Notes: generated by a model not told the origin, from the sequence alone. Positions 25,051 through 38,888 are shown, counted from the first letter of the stretch. The stretch is DNA of 64,000 nt from Veleropilina oligotropha (GCA_048128005.1 JBEUKZ010000138.1:1-64000), one strand, 5' to 3'. Translations and numbers: made by a program.

Positions 25051-25555
25051 TGTATATTTATTTAATAAGAGTTTATACACAACTTAAGAATTCATCTAAA
25101 TCTAAATGGGGGATATATGTGGATTAAAGAATGGATCAGTATATATTACATAACACTAGTAGAGGTTACTGGGTAAATAAACTGAGACCTGAGGGTGACA
25201 CCACAAAGTTCATCCTGTAAGGTCAATTGCTCTGCAGAGCCTGCAATGCTATGGAGACAACATCTGAGTAAACATCGCTACAGCACTAACAGCAGTTCAG
25301 CCTTGTAATATAAACAGTCACAGTGACATGCTGGACAGCTCCAGGGTATTGCCATAATAGAATCTTCATTCTGAGTCTGGACTAGGGCTTCTGATAATAG
25401 CACATGAGAGCAAAGAAATTGACAAGGTCCCAGATTCATTTGAATGAAAGATTCGATTATCATAACACGTCTATGACATTTTATATCCTATTATATATGT
25501 GCATTTAAGGGGTTACACCCTTGGAAATTACAATGTATTTTCTTGGTATGTATAT

Positions 25556-25660
25556 CGTATAATACACTGACAACCCTCGTGCGATATACACATAAGCCAT
25601 TTGCTAACACTCGGCTCGTTGTGCGATACATCCGATCGAGTCACAGTGTATTATCTAATA
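25556..25660. mobile_element. Short Crypton-like repeat (related in reverse orientation to 35514-35620)
   Basis: ATAATACACTGAC..CCCTCGTGCGATATA..GCTAACACTCGGCTCGTT..CAGTGTATTAT; inverted ends. Confidence 0.45.
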
Positions 25661-25815
25661 CTAAACTATGGACCCTGGCTACGATGCGACTGCAAAAGTG
25701 CTCTTGAAACAAGCGATTTCATCCACTACCACTAGTCTTGTGAGATGTATGAAACGGATACTTTGGTATTCGAATATCAGGTTCTCTCTTATTTCAAATA
25801 TGATATGTTACTTAC

Positions 25816-25938
25816 TGCTCGGACAGTGGTTATCCAAGGCACAGCCATTTCGGATACTAAAATTCGGTTGTCTACACTGAACTGGAAAGTTCGTGTTCAG
25901 GAGCGGCAACGGGGGACAAACGCCGGGCTTGAACTGGC
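25816..25938 (-). CDS. WAP gene A exon 2 (N-half of WAP1)
   Basis: AATCAG|GC QFKPGVCPPLPLLNTNFPVQCRQPNFSIRNGCALDNHCPS A|GTAAGT; 123 nt, phase 1-1; joined to exon 3 it gives all 8 WAP cysteines. Confidence 0.9.
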
Positions 25939-26119
25939 CTGATTTGGATTAAAACGACAAGCATATTAATAATGGTATACAAAATACGTGCAGTCTTATC
26001 CATCTGTACAGACTACAGATTGTTAAAATGTGGTCGTTAAACTAAACTGAATTTACATTACATGTCTGGGAACAATATGTCCGAGTGGATACGACTGAAA
26101 GGGAATAGATCGATGTTTA

Positions 26120-26530
26120 ATAACCTGTATAATTACAACTTTCAGGTTCAAACCAGGACATATTCATATCATGGCGGGCGGAAAGCCGGGTCGGAAACCC
26201 ATCCTTTCCCGATTGTTACGGACAACTGTGATTGGTAACTGAACAAATAATGTCATTTCCCCAACCGATATTCTAAAAGGAAGGCAAGGATCGATACTTA
26301 CTATCATGCGTATTTAAAACCATCAGGTTCATAGCTGGATATGTCCATACTATCGCTGGGGGAAAGCCCGTTCACCCGATATCTCCGACCAACTACGGAC
26401 ACTGTGATTCATAGCTGAACAACAAATGTCATGTCCCAACCGAGATTCGAACCCACTACTGTTAGTTAGCGAAATCAAGTCAGTGATTTCATGGTATACA
26501 ACCGAAACTACACGACTGTCGAAGCGGCCA
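26120..26530 (-). mobile_element. Two adjacent diverged SINE copies (same family as 27607-27873)
   Basis: Shared core TTACGGACAACTGTGATT..AACTGAACAA..ATGTCA..CCCAACCGA and head GATTCGAACCCACTACTG..CGAAGCGGCC. Confidence 0.65.
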
Positions 26531-26867
26531 CCGAGATTATAAGACACTCCCATTAGTCTGAGCAATCAAGCCTCTATTTTAGAGTCGGCACACGCGACCA
26601 CACGGCTAATGGGGCGGCCTACGAAGCCAATGGCTGATGGCTCCAACCCAAGAGTGAGTCCGAGATTTCCCCATCGAATACAGAAGTAAAACTGCGTGCC
26701 CGGACAATAAATTTTAACAGTGGTGTCGTTTGGCTTCCAAACAAACCAAACCACTACGTGTCTGTCTGGTGTAGGTCTACGCCTGTGTTTATATATATGC
26801 GTTCACTGATCTTCCATCTATTACACATAATTTGCATGATCTTGCTCTCTATATTTTATACCCTTAC

Positions 26868-26913
26868 CTCGAGCGATGGTCAGAATGGCCAGAATACAGG
26901 ATACAATCTTCAT
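26868..26913 (-). CDS. WAP gene A exon 1 (signal peptide)
   Basis: ACG ATG gives MKIVSCILAILTIAR then G|GTAAGG; basic plus hydrophobic signal-peptide pattern; phase-1 donor fits exon 2. Confidence 0.85.
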
Positions 26914-26959
26914 CGTGTTAAGTTAGAATTATACAGTAACAGAACATTGATGGTTTGTT

Positions 26960-26966
26960 ATTTATA
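26960..26966 (-). promoter_or_regulatory. Candidate TATA box of WAP gene A
   Basis: TATAAAT about 50 bp upstream of the start codon on the minus strand. Confidence 0.5.
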
Positions 26967-27606
26967 CCATGCATGGGCGATTTGGAAATTTTAGTAATGA
27001 TATCGATGTCACACCTGTCAACAATTAGATATAAGAATGATGGGATCTTAAATGACGTACATAGGTATTGACTGCCTTTGATTTATGTCGCTTTCGTTTG
27101 AGCACAAACCAAGCAATTTGTCCAAATGCTGTCAACTAAGTTTCGTCATTACACGTTTTTATTGAACACCGAACTCGCCTCTTGTCAAAGGTACAGTTCA
27201 CAATGACTTGAAAGACAAAAAACAAGATACAGCTGCGTGCACTTGCTAATGTTGTTAATTATGACAAGGCGTAATATCAGGGATTCATAATATTAACAAT
27301 AAAGAATACATGTGCAGTCATCCTCGAGTGACGTGAAAGCGATAAGGAAACGAACGCTGTTACAAGGAAAATGCTACAGATGGGTCATTGTAGAGATAAA
27401 CACACATTTATACTATAGTGGAAAGCAGGATGCTTTTTTTTGTACGGAAATATAAAGATTTAGCACAATAATTTATCCAATGTCAAATTCATAACATATC
27501 TCAAAAGAAATATAAACAAAGTCTATATGTGTCGCGATTTTGATTCTACACCTTTAAATATAATATATGTATATGTATTTGTATGGCCTTAAGCGCCTTC
27601 CGTGGA

Positions 27607-27873
27607 GGAGGGGGGTGATTATGCTTAATATCCTGTATATTTACAACACCGAGGTTCAAGGCAGGATATGCCCGTGTTATCGCGGGAGGAAACCCCGGTC
27701 GCCCGGGTAAACCCGCCCTCTTCGGCCAGTTACGGACAACTGTGATTCATAACTTGAACAAATTTCAATGCCTCAGCCAGGTATTGAACCCACTACTGTT
27801 CGCATTAGCGGAATCAAGCCAGTGAAGTTAGAGTGGACACTCTTAGTCTACCCACTCCGCTGCCGAAGCGGCC
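27607..27873 (-). mobile_element. tRNA-derived SINE, near full length
   Basis: Minus strand has A-box-like GGCAGCGGAGTGG, B-box-like GGGTTCAATACC, core GGGTTTACCCGGGCGACCGGGGTTTCCTCCC and tail GTAAATATACAGGATATTAAGCATAAT(CCT)n; several related copies in the window. Confidence 0.75.
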
Positions 27874-30179
27874 GCGCCTTCCGTACACTGTTGTGAATTT
27901 GGTAAGTGGTTAAATGCAATTGACATTGTAGTCACCTGATATTAAACGGTCAAATCGTGCGATTCCGCAAACAACGTTTGCCTTTTGTTATGCAAAATTA
28001 TTCTTTATATAACGCTATGCTGGAAGTGAAATCGATCTCTCTTTCCTTGTGGCTCTACACCTGTACGTGTTGATCCTGTACGTGTTGTCTCGTCGTATAT
28101 TTGTTGGTCGTATATTTGTTGGCCATGTAAGTTGAGTGAATCCGATGTAACGTCTTGTGTTGTATTTCTGTTCCTATCCGCCGTATATTTCGATTATGTA
28201 AGTTAACTTTTCACTAGTTGGCAAATGAATCTTTATAAACGTGACTTTTAATTACTAACATTCTCTTGAATTTAACATCGAACGTATTTAATCGCTAGCA
28301 TTAGTTTAAAATGTCGATTAGAAATATCATAATAATATTATATAGTCTCTTGTTTCGTGATAATTATGAATTATGCTGAGAAAGTTACGGAACCTCCGCG
28401 TGGACCTTATGCGGAACGATGCTTCGTGTTGGTCGTGAAGTGCTATTACCAGCTATTAAGAACATTATTGAAGTACTCTCATCGTACTCGTTAAGGTTGA
28501 AGTTTGATCACTGCGAGAAGATTGTATTTCCTGTGCATTCGCGATAAATTATGTTAGTATAAACTCGATGTTAGTGTTGTACATTATTGAAATAGTTCAC
28601 TGATACGTTATCTTTAACGCCTTGTGATATTTTCGTTTATCGAGATAACTTGCTTCACTTTTAATGGTAACGTTATTTACTTTCTTGCGATGAGTTAATT
28701 TAATTGCAAACGATAGAGTTAATTCATGAATGCGTTTTGCTCATTTCTGTTTGTATTCATTACGCGGGGATGTATTATTTAATATTTATGATATGACGGC
28801 TCTGGTTATATTTTTAAAGGATCTTGTGATCACTGTGCGTTTGAGGACATAACGCTATATTATGTGGAGTTGCTGTACCACTTCAATGCTAAATACGCAA
28901 GATTTGCAATATCAGCTTTTCCCTTTTTGGGTTGGTTCTAACAACCTATAGGACCGGAAGTAGAACGGTCGTTGTTGGACAACGTTGGTGTCTTGTAGTG
29001 AATCCGCCGACGGGTAGTTTTGCTGCAGGTACTTGTTGGCGTGGTTGAAGATTATGATGCAAGATTTTACGGCATTTATATACTGCCGACTGTTGTGAAC
29101 ATATAACCTCACTTTTATGCCGGAGTCGTATTTGTTTAATTATTTTATATCTAGTAATAACTACATTTTTCTCCCCGTGTTATTTATTACGCTTATTCGG
29201 AAGTTTACTCGCTAATCGATTTCAGGTCACAAAGTGTTTACAAACTTTACCATGTCAGTTTCACCTTTATTATAGATCCTCTTTTATTGTGATATTAACA
29301 ATCAAGAAATAGCCGGTAACGCATATCGATGTATAGCTGTGGGATAGTGGTCTTATGTCTGTTATTATAGGAATGGTTAATAAATATATATATTAGTTTT
29401 TATTACATGTTGTTTTCATTCGAACAGAACAACTAAACTGCACGATTTCCTTCATTATTGGGTTGAGTTTTTCTCTGGTATTGTCTGTCACGGTTGAGAC
29501 GGCCGTTTTAAACTCTCGATATATATTCGTAGGGACCTGCGTCGCGTCGTTTTCATGTATGATCTGGACTGAGCGTGTTTATGCATTATGGTGGTGGCAG
29601 TTAAATATATAAATGTTCTATGATGCATCGGCTCCTCTTTCCAGATCATTGTGTAAACGTTTACCATCGCTATTCGAAGGGACGTGCCTTCGATTGGTGC
29701 TTTGTGACTCTGGTGAAACCAGTTTGCCTTGACGTAGTCTACGTGGTCGACAATTGAGGCCCGCTACTGTTCCATCTGTCGAGTTGTCTATCACGGGAGA
29801 CTACAATGTGCGCGTGATTGCGTAATCGCGTGTTGGTTGTTTGACTTGACGATGGTGCTGCTTTAGGCTACGGTGGTCCGTTGGTCTGTTGGCTGACCGC
29901 TCGATTCGCAACAGTTAGTGGCAACCCTTGTCACTTGTTTGTGTTTCACCGTTCGGTCCGCCACAGTGTTGGTGGAGTTCATAGACTGTTTAGTGTCAGC
30001 AGTTTGTTGGTTCGGGGGCGTCGCTCGGTCCGCCACATATTATCCCGTCAGAAAATTCCGTTCGCCTGGGAAACTCGCCATCAGCGACCAGCTATGGACA
30101 ACTGTGACTGATAACTAACAATATCAGCCCAAAATTCGAGCCCAATCCTGTCAGAAGCGCGAGTGACTTGACAGTTCAA

Positions 30180-33100
30180 TAGTCCAGTGGCAGAAGGCTG
30201 ATTTCCCACCAAAGGTGGTTTTAGCGTTCAGACAAAGTTTTTTCGGTGTTTTGGTCAATTTATTATATACTAAGGCCAATACAGGTGGATGCCAAGTTGT
30301 CACCTTTGGGGAATTTTTTTTTCTGGATATCAAATGAAAGGTCTTGATGAATGCAACGTAAATAAGTCATTTATTCCCTTCCTGATGGTCAATTAATAAC
30401 GTTATACCATAAATAAACATTTGACTAGGACAATGATATACTCTTGTGCGATCAATTTAAGAGACCAATCAAGCAAGCATCATCTTCATCTCGTGAATTG
30501 ATTGTGATCTTTTTGACATTATAAAAGTTATCATATATGTAGGTCTTCACGGTCTGTTATAACTGCATTGCTGATCTGAAATGTAATCGCATGATGTGCA
30601 GCGGCCAATCATGGATCAGTTTCACGTTCAGCTCGCACGAACATCATGATTAACATATAACCGACTTGATGAGGCGATCTAATCAATGTCTAGTTGTTCG
30701 ACTTTGTGATACAATGGACTCTAAGGTCTTCATCAAATCAGTATGTGTATTCGAAGTATTTTTAACCCCCAAAAAGGATTTCCTCCATTTATACCATGCA
30801 TAGGTTTCGGCCGTTTTGAGAAACCTTTTGCGGGACAACCACTCCAAATGCCAACTTAACGATGTCGTCATGGCCACTGTTGTTCACCGTGAATCTGCAA
30901 TAACGCATGAGCATGTGCATTCCACCAAATCGTGGATTGAATTGATTGAACATATCATGATACTCCCATGTGATGTTGACCGTGACTGAATACAGTTGTT
31001 GATCAGCAGTGGTTATGATGACGCTTTGTCCAGTTTAATTTATGAATCTCTGCACTTCCATCATCGCGGTCATCATGGTATCTGTGTCTGATATGGTATC
31101 ATATCAATTCGGGGTGTGTATACACTAGCGGATCCAGGAGGTCTGGACCCCCCTTCCATTTTGAAAATCAAAAATGCATATGTCGTGTTTGTACTGTCAG
31201 AATGCATGTGAGGAGGTTTCACGCCGTTTGTCAAAATATTCTGAGAATCGCAGGGTTCGGCCCTCCTTTTGAAAAAGAGAACTTCACTGCGAAAACAGAA
31301 ATATTTACTCATACATTTTAATGAAAACGGTTCATAAATATTTGTAAGAAATATCTCGTTTGCACTGGCAGAATGCAGGTGGGAGGGTTTCACATAGTTA
31401 ATTATTAAAATTTGCTGGGGTTCTCTGCGGTCCGCCGCCCCCCCACCCCCTCCCTCTAGAAAATAAAAAATGCTTGTCTTTGATTGTGAAAAAATTAGTG
31501 TCAAAATGCAGGAGAGGATCGAGTTTCCCACCGTTTCTTGACTTTGTTAAATAAAGGAAAAAATTACTCATACATTTTAGTGAAAATGGTTCATAAATGT
31601 TGATAAGAAATATCACTTTGCCCTGTCAGAGTGCAGGAGAGGAGGTTTCAGGCTGTTGACTGTCAAAATTTTATTTCGCGCTGAGCTCCGCCCCCACGCG
31701 CGCGAACAGTTGATAGTAGCCTATATTTGATGAAAGTTGGACCCCCATTTTCAAAATCGTGGATCCGCCCTGGTACAAGGCCTTCGGATTTAGAATTTAA
31801 GCTGCTCCGAAGTGGTTCTAGTTGCTCTATTTTACACCACAAAACAAATCCTGGGTCTCATCGTATACATCAAGTGTCACCTGAAACAACAGATGATATC
31901 CTCTTCACAAAGTGACGAATACAAAAAATTGGAGAATGTTTGAAAAATGCAGTGCTGCTGACCATGGATATGGAAAGATTAATTTCAAGCAAGTCAACGC
32001 CATTAGCCGTTATTACAGACAGTACTTTTTGACTCCACCCCTTTAACGGTAGAACGGAACTACTGACATTTTGGGGATTCGTTGAATATTGTCGCTGCAT
32101 TGAAACATTGAACAGTGATTTTCAGTTCATTAATCAAATCTTATTTGTGCAGACGTCTTATAATATCATGCTTATCGTCATTAGAAAAGGCTACATGAGC
32201 TAATGGCGTTGATTTCGACTTCTTACAGAAGATCATCAATGATTCTACCAGAATGAAACGGTTTCAACACATGTATGTGACAGTATGTCCAGGGAGCAGG
32301 GCAATTTATCAGGTCTGCTACGAACGCCGTGTACACAATTCTGAATTATAGGATACCACCAGACCCAGACAAATGACGAACAAAACGATCAACAACTGTA
32401 TCGAGTCGTAGGAACATCACATATGGGAGAATCCTGATCTATTTATTCAATTCATTGCACAATACATATGCTGACAAGTTTCTGTGGATCCATTGTTATA
32501 CTGAGGGGCAACAGTGGTCTTGAACACATCATGAAGTTGGCATTTGGAGGAATTGTCGGGCGAAAGGTTTTCAAAAACTACTGAACCCTATGCATGGTAA
32601 TGGAGAAAATCCTCCATGGGGCTATAAATACTGTGAAATACACATACTGATTTCATGAAAATCTTAGAATCCAGGGCATTTCATAGTTGAACTACATGTA
32701 CTAGACATTGGCTAGATAACGCCATCGAACAGATGTTCGTGAAATTTGAAATTGAAGCTGATTGGCCGCTGCACATCATGTGGTTGCATTTCAGTTCAGC
32801 AAGGGAGTTATTACAGAAGAAGAAAACCTGATAACAACAGATGTCATTATCGTCCAACAAGCTGTCAAGCTTCCTACAGGTGGTGCCTCTCGAATAGATG
32901 TATGTGATGATAGAGATGCTTTCATCATCGCTATACTCAACCACTTGTATTCCTAGGAAAACCTGACGTGCCACATTTTGATGATGATCACCAGTTATAA
33001 TAGAAAAGTAGTGGATATCGGGCCTTAGCTGAGCGACATTCTGCCATTTCTGACAAAATACTATCAGATTGTACCATCACTGTCTCAACCGTTTGGACTT

Positions 33101-33911
33101 GAAAAAGGCATTGCAAATTAAATTAAATCGTGCCTTGAACAACCTTGGCATAGCAAATGTAGATAGCGACTGAGTTATTGCAGAGTCAACATCATTCGTT
33201 GCTGCATGATGTGGGCCACTAGAGACATCCAACATTTTCGTCGTTGGGTAGAGTACGTAAGACCACGTACACTTGCACCTGACCCGTCTTCAACGAGTGC
33301 TGTGGATTATGTGTGGTGCATAGATAAGCACGCTTCGACACTAGTTCCAACAATGTTACCATCAAATTCACCTTGTTCACCAGAAAATGTGTTGCAATTG
33401 ATTCGATACGAATGTTTGTGGATGCTACCGCAAGATGTAGCTGTTCTGCAGCGCAGCTATCTTGTTCCATATTATTCCACCAGCTAATAGAATAACTGTC
33501 AAAACTAACACTGGCAATTACCGTGATGACACCCAAGGTGAAGATGATGCTTCATTGGTCTCTTAAATTGATCCCACAAGAGTACATCGTGGTCCTAGTG
33601 AAATGTTTATTTATGGTTTAATATTGATAATTGACCATCAAGAAGGAAATAAATGACTTATTTACGTTGCACACGTCAAGATCTTTCATTCGATATGCAT
33701 ATTGATGGTTTTTATCTTTTATTATAAAAGTTTCATTTTTCTCCATTACGGGGGTGGGGGTACCATATTGGAAATGCCAAAAAAAAAATATCCCAAAGGT
33801 GACAACTTGGTATCCGTCAGAATTGCCATTAGTATAAAATAAATTGACCGAAACACTAAAAAACTTTGTCTGAACGGTAAAACCACCTATTGGGTCTCTG
33901 CCACTGGACTA
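30180..33911. mobile_element. Academ-type DNA transposon (degenerate, composite)
   Basis: Termini TAGTCCAGTGGCAGA/TCTGCCACTGGACTA, inverted similarity extending ~300 bp, 3-bp TSD CAA; transposase remnants such as TADQQLY..GGMHMLM and HEEENL..DVIIVQQA..DVCDDRDAFII. Confidence 0.85.
31122..31772. mobile_element. hAT-like MITE with internal ~180-240-bp repeats, nested in the Academ element
   Basis: Ends CACTAGCGGATCCA / TGGATCCGCCCTG; repeated GTCAGAATGCAGG.GAGG.GGTTTC motif, also seen at ~9940. Confidence 0.55.
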
Positions 33912-34399
33912 CAAGTTTTAGGGCAAAATAGAAGATGTTCTCCTGTTACAAAAAGCTTTAAGATTTCTGTAATAATGATACATCCATTCTTGATATATCA
34001 AATAGAGTTCGTTGCCTGGCTCGACAAAGATCATCATGCGGTTCAATTATCAAGTCGCATAATAAATTTTTGAAGCCAAATTCTAAATCACGTTCGTATC
34101 CATATTATCGACGAGTACTGCACCCGCAGCATGTCAACGCCAAGACACCAAATACAACGGCTATCTGAGATGAAACGTTAAAAATGTATATATATCGGCC
34201 TACTTAAAAAATATTCGGCAACGTTGGTTGCAGTCAATAAAAATATTATACAGAAATAAATTACCCGTTATCTGTAGAAATACCGAAATTCAGACAGGCG
34301 TTTGGCGCTGGGTTGTCCACTTCGGCCTTTAAATCGCAACACCAGTTTTTGAGAGGTCTAGCTATTGTTCATGTCAGGCCAGAGTCGATGGTCTGCCAC

Positions 34400-34715
34400 T
34401 TGCAAACTTGTAGATCGGTGAAACCTGTCCAGGATCGGACAATGAGCAAAAATAAAGCTGGGATGGTTTGGTCACGTTACAAGAGCCAAGGAACGAACCT
34501 CTTGCAAACATCATTTTCAGAGCCCAGTAGAAGGTAACCGACGACGTGACCGACCAAAGATAATCTGGATGGATGAAGTAAAGGACTGGACTGGAAGAAA
34601 GACTATATAGTTACCTGATCCGCCTTGCTGGAAACTGAACAGAGTGATGCGGAATCGCCAATAGTGGAGGGCGGCCTCAGTGGTCGCAGAGCTGCGAGAC
34701 ATGGTGGTGGTGATG
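34400..34715 (+). mobile_element. RTE-type LINE 3' fragment
   Basis: KIKLGWFGHVTR..PVEGNRRRDRPKIIWMDEVKDWTG; (GGT)n-like tail. Confidence 0.75.
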
Positions 34716-36150
34716 TTTATTCTCAGGTTCGCTTTTGCTAAGTTATATGTATTTGATATAATTTAACTATTGTACCCCATACAGGATAATGTATTCATGA
34801 ACGTCGACCAACGTGACGAAAGATAACAAATTAGCCTACGTGTATACAGTTATATAGGCTAAGTCGAAAAATACTCCAGCCGTCCATTTGAGGGTGAATG
34901 TACCTCTTGAAGTCTTCCACGGCAGTCATCTTGAAAGCGAAAATGATCAAAATTGTTTGGGGGCGTACGTAGGCCTATACGTACGTGGACTCATCAAAAT
35001 TAATGTGCACAATGCATTATCGGATTATAACTGTTGACTACTATAGATAAATATGAAAATTTCGACAGTGATACATCATAATACGGATATTATATAAAAT
35101 AATAAAAAAATAAAAAAAAATAAAAAAAATGTATTAAATAATAACATATGGATTTGATTTGATTTTTAAGAATCGGTTTAGTTTTACGACCAAATTTTAA
35201 TAATGTTTTAATGTAAGCATATATGGGCCTATTTATTTGGTATACGGATATACTGTTTGCAATCAAGACGATATTTAACTAACTTACTGGAATTTTGTGA
35301 TGATGTAACAACTGCAATTAGACGAGGACAAACTAGTTGATATCATATGTAGGCCTACGCATGTATATTGATTTTAAAAACACATTTGACAAAGTGCTGA
35401 TACAAAAAATATGCAATCGTTGTATAAAAGGCCCAATATTAAATTGGATAAGTATATTAAGTGGCTACAAAATATAGGAAGCAGGGGGGGGGGGGGGGGG
35501 GGAGGCGGGGTGTAATAATCGGGCGGATATCACACATAACGAGCCGAGCGTTAGCGGCGTTACCTATATGTAGGTCCTATATCACGCGAGGGTACGTACG
35601 TGTCAGTGTATTATCTGTCTGATATATACATACTAATTAGTAAAGAAATTAATTATATTGTAATTTTCATGGTGCAGCACCTTAAAATTTAAAATAAGCC
35701 TACGTACGCTATAATATATGTCATGGGCGCGATATGGGAGTTAAATCTTCTATTCAAATAAATCTGGCACTGTCATTTTTTGTTCGCAATTATAATTAAG
35801 TGCTATGAGCAGATGTTGTATGTGTAAACTTGGAACAATTAATTAATGGACCGACAGTTTAAAGGATTTTTCATATATATTAAAAGCTCATGGTACTTTT
35901 ATGCGTAAAAAACATGAACGGAATCTGTTTTATTACAGTAGCTGATTTTCGACATGTATCGGAATTATTTTGTATTTCGTGGCTATGAAAGAAACATTAT
36001 ATCGATGTCGCGAACCAGCCACCGTACGATACAATTATTTTCCGAGTTATTCAGTTATTGAACACTTTATTATTCACAGTGACTTGTATTAGACCTCGTT
36101 TTCATTCCAGTGTAACAAGCACTAGGTTTGCGAACAGTGGCCACTGATAA

Positions 36151-36190
36151 ATGGCGGCGTCGACGAAGGAAGAGATTTTGCATTACCAAA
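36151..36190 (+). CDS. C2H2 zinc-finger gene, candidate exon 1
   Basis: ATGGCGGCG start gives MAASTKEEILHYQ; weak donor A|GTCGTC, phase-compatible with the acceptor ending at 36270. Confidence 0.4.
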
Positions 36191-36270
36191 GTCGTCTATT
36201 TATTAGGATATCATTAGTATTTAATAATAATTACCTTAGTCATTTAACTATATCGATACACAGATTCCAG

Positions 36271-36588
36271 AATGCCTTTCTTTGTATAAAATGACGTCTG
36301 TTAATGAAGATACGTCCCTCCGCAATGTACAACTACAAATTGAATCTCCGTCTCACGAGGAGACACCGTCGACGTTGGATTTTCTGACAAAACAGTTGAC
36401 TCAATGCGAAAACTGCGGCAGTCTAGTTAGCTTGTTAGCCTGTCAACAAGATAGAATCGATCGTAATAACTGTACCCTCTTGCGCACACCTTGTGCCAAC
36501 TGTGGGGTTGTAAATGCTTTGATCTTGGTAAAGCAAGTGTTTCCAACACAAGAAGCTGCTAATGACAGTCACACTGACACACATGAAG
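36271..36588 (+). CDS. C2H2 zinc-finger gene exon 2 (CxxC...CxxC zinc-ribbon-like domain)
   Basis: Open frame LDFLTKQLTQCENCGSLVSL..LLRTPCANCGVVNAL; donor GAAG|GTAACA, phase 1, fits the next exon. Confidence 0.7.
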
Positions 36589-38413
36589 GTAACATGCCGT
36601 GGGTTACAAAAATAAAGTTTATTGTGGGGACTCACCACTTGTACGGTGATACACTGGTGCACTAGTCTAGAGTCCACTAGTCTGAGTGACGATATATATG
36701 TTATTAATTGCTATCGGCCTATAGAATACAAACCTTGCTGTGATCAAACCGAGCGCACATCGCCAAATGTCTCGGCCTTGAATATATTACATAATTAAAT
36801 AGTGAACCCTCTGACTAGGACTAGTCAACCCTCGGAATAGTAGACCCTCCGACTAGTGGACCACCGCACAGTGAACCGTTATTGTAATGTATGTAAATTA
36901 ATGTATGTCTATTACATGTTGCATAAAGACAAATTCTCCGCTCGTGCTAGACACTCGCATGGTCGCAATTTGAGACTCGTGCTGTTATTTGCGAAAATAA
37001 AAATAAAAAATAGTTTTTTCGCCTAATTTGCGAAAACATTTCAGTTCTACGTCAAAATGCATGTCCCTAATTGCGAAAGGAAATATCGCTTCCATTTGTT
37101 TGAAATATTTGTGTGCATTTCGGCTACTGCAAAAACCTATTGAAATCTCAACATTTAAGCCATTTTTCAAACATTTAAGCTCGCATCGGATACCTTTTTT
37201 CCGAACATGGACCACCGAAGATGATCGGTGGTTTACTGTAGCTTCGCGACAAGTGTTACGACAAACGGTTACTGACAAAATGTGAGCGTTTTTCAAGAAT
37301 GAAAGAGTTGACCGACAAATGGCTTTGCTTGTGAGCATTACTAAGCTTGATGCAGTGTTAAATTAGCACTCATGGGAAAATATGTGTTGTAAAACTTCTA
37401 AAGCTTAAATTAAAGAGCTATATGCAGGATTCCAACGTAATTATTTTGTGTCTACTTTTCCACTACCGATAACTTGAGGAGGAGGAATTATGCTTAATGT
37501 CCTGTATATTTATAACATCGAGGTATTTTTAAATATTCAGTAGCGATTAATTTAAACGGTAGCAAATTACTGACGAAACTTGAATGTTGAAAATTCCTAA
37601 CTTTATGCTATAAACAAAAAGTATAATGCTGTTAGTTTTTTTTTTTAGAAAAGAGCGCATTTACGGGCAATAGTCTCTTTAATATGTTGCGATAAAATAT
37701 GACAGCCAAGACGAAATCCACGACACCCAAAATCAAAAGTTGTCAGGTCTGGACAGGTGATATCTTGGACAATTTACCTTTAAAATGTTCCGTGTAACAT
37801 CTGTACAATAAATATTTGTGTACAATAAAATAACTATATGATTGCATACATTATTTCATGTGCTAAAGAAAAATCGTATTTGCTAAAGACAAAAATGGTC
37901 TTTTAGCAACTTTTGCTAAAGAAGACTCTTATTTGCTAAAGGAAATTTTATCCTACAATGAGCACAGAAGTTGTGCATGCTAACATGAATTAATGGACCT
38001 TTGAATAGTCATTTAAACTCAAATAAGTTAGTTATATTTAACATATGATAGAGCTTTGAACCTTACAAAGTTACAGTATGGATTGTTTTGGATTACAGAT
38101 TCATTTACTCTAGGGTCAGTGTAACATAATGGTTCGCTAATCGAATAGAACAATGAAAAAACTTAGTATTTGCCAATTGCCATACAGTATGGCAATATTA
38201 TAGAATATGATTTGTAAATACTAGAAAATCATATTTTTTAATGATATGTTAAGATAAAGCACTTAAAATGTACGGGTCTTAGTCACGGTCTATATATATA
38301 TATATATATATATAATTAACCATAATCTTGTTTCTGTTCATGAATTGTAATTTAAGTCCAGTGGGTAGCATCAAATTGTTGCCTATTTAATTGGGTTTCT
38401 TTATTTTCCCCAG

Positions 38414-38888
38414 ATGAAACTTTGAGGCCATCAACACCATCTTATGTGACAGAACAACACCCATTGTCAACATGTCCGAAGACGTTGATTGTGTACGCTT
38501 CGCAAGAAGATCCAGGCCATGGGATTAACATGGATTCTCAACAATTTCTTGCCACTAGCATGAACACCTCCTCGGATTCAATCTTCACAGACAATAGTCC
38601 TGTTCCATGTTCCCAAATGTCCCGGCAAGAGCAATCGGTAGACGCTGGTAATAACATAACGGAGGTATTAGACATTCTGACCAATATGAGAGCTAGCATC
38701 ACAGGAGATGTGCCACCAGCCAGCATTGGCGTTGATACGGACGATCTGATTGGTGCGTGCAATGTAAATGATATTGATAACCAAGGAGAAAAGACTACTA
38801 AGCCTAAGAATGCATCAGCATTCAAGGGTAAAGACGGGCCAGTTAGCACCAAGGAAAATTTGTATGATAATGAGCATAGTTATTATAC
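38414..38888 (+). CDS. C2H2 zinc-finger gene exon 3 (disordered, ends with EHSY motif)
   Basis: TTTTCCCCAG|AT ... NEHSYY AC|GTAAGT; 475 nt open, phase 1-2. Confidence 0.85.

Noticed and set aside
28048..30037. Possible solo LTR (TGTGGC...GCCACA, TATA-like motif on the minus strand)
   Set aside because: No matching TSD, PBS or second copy in the window; cannot be supported without a repeat library.
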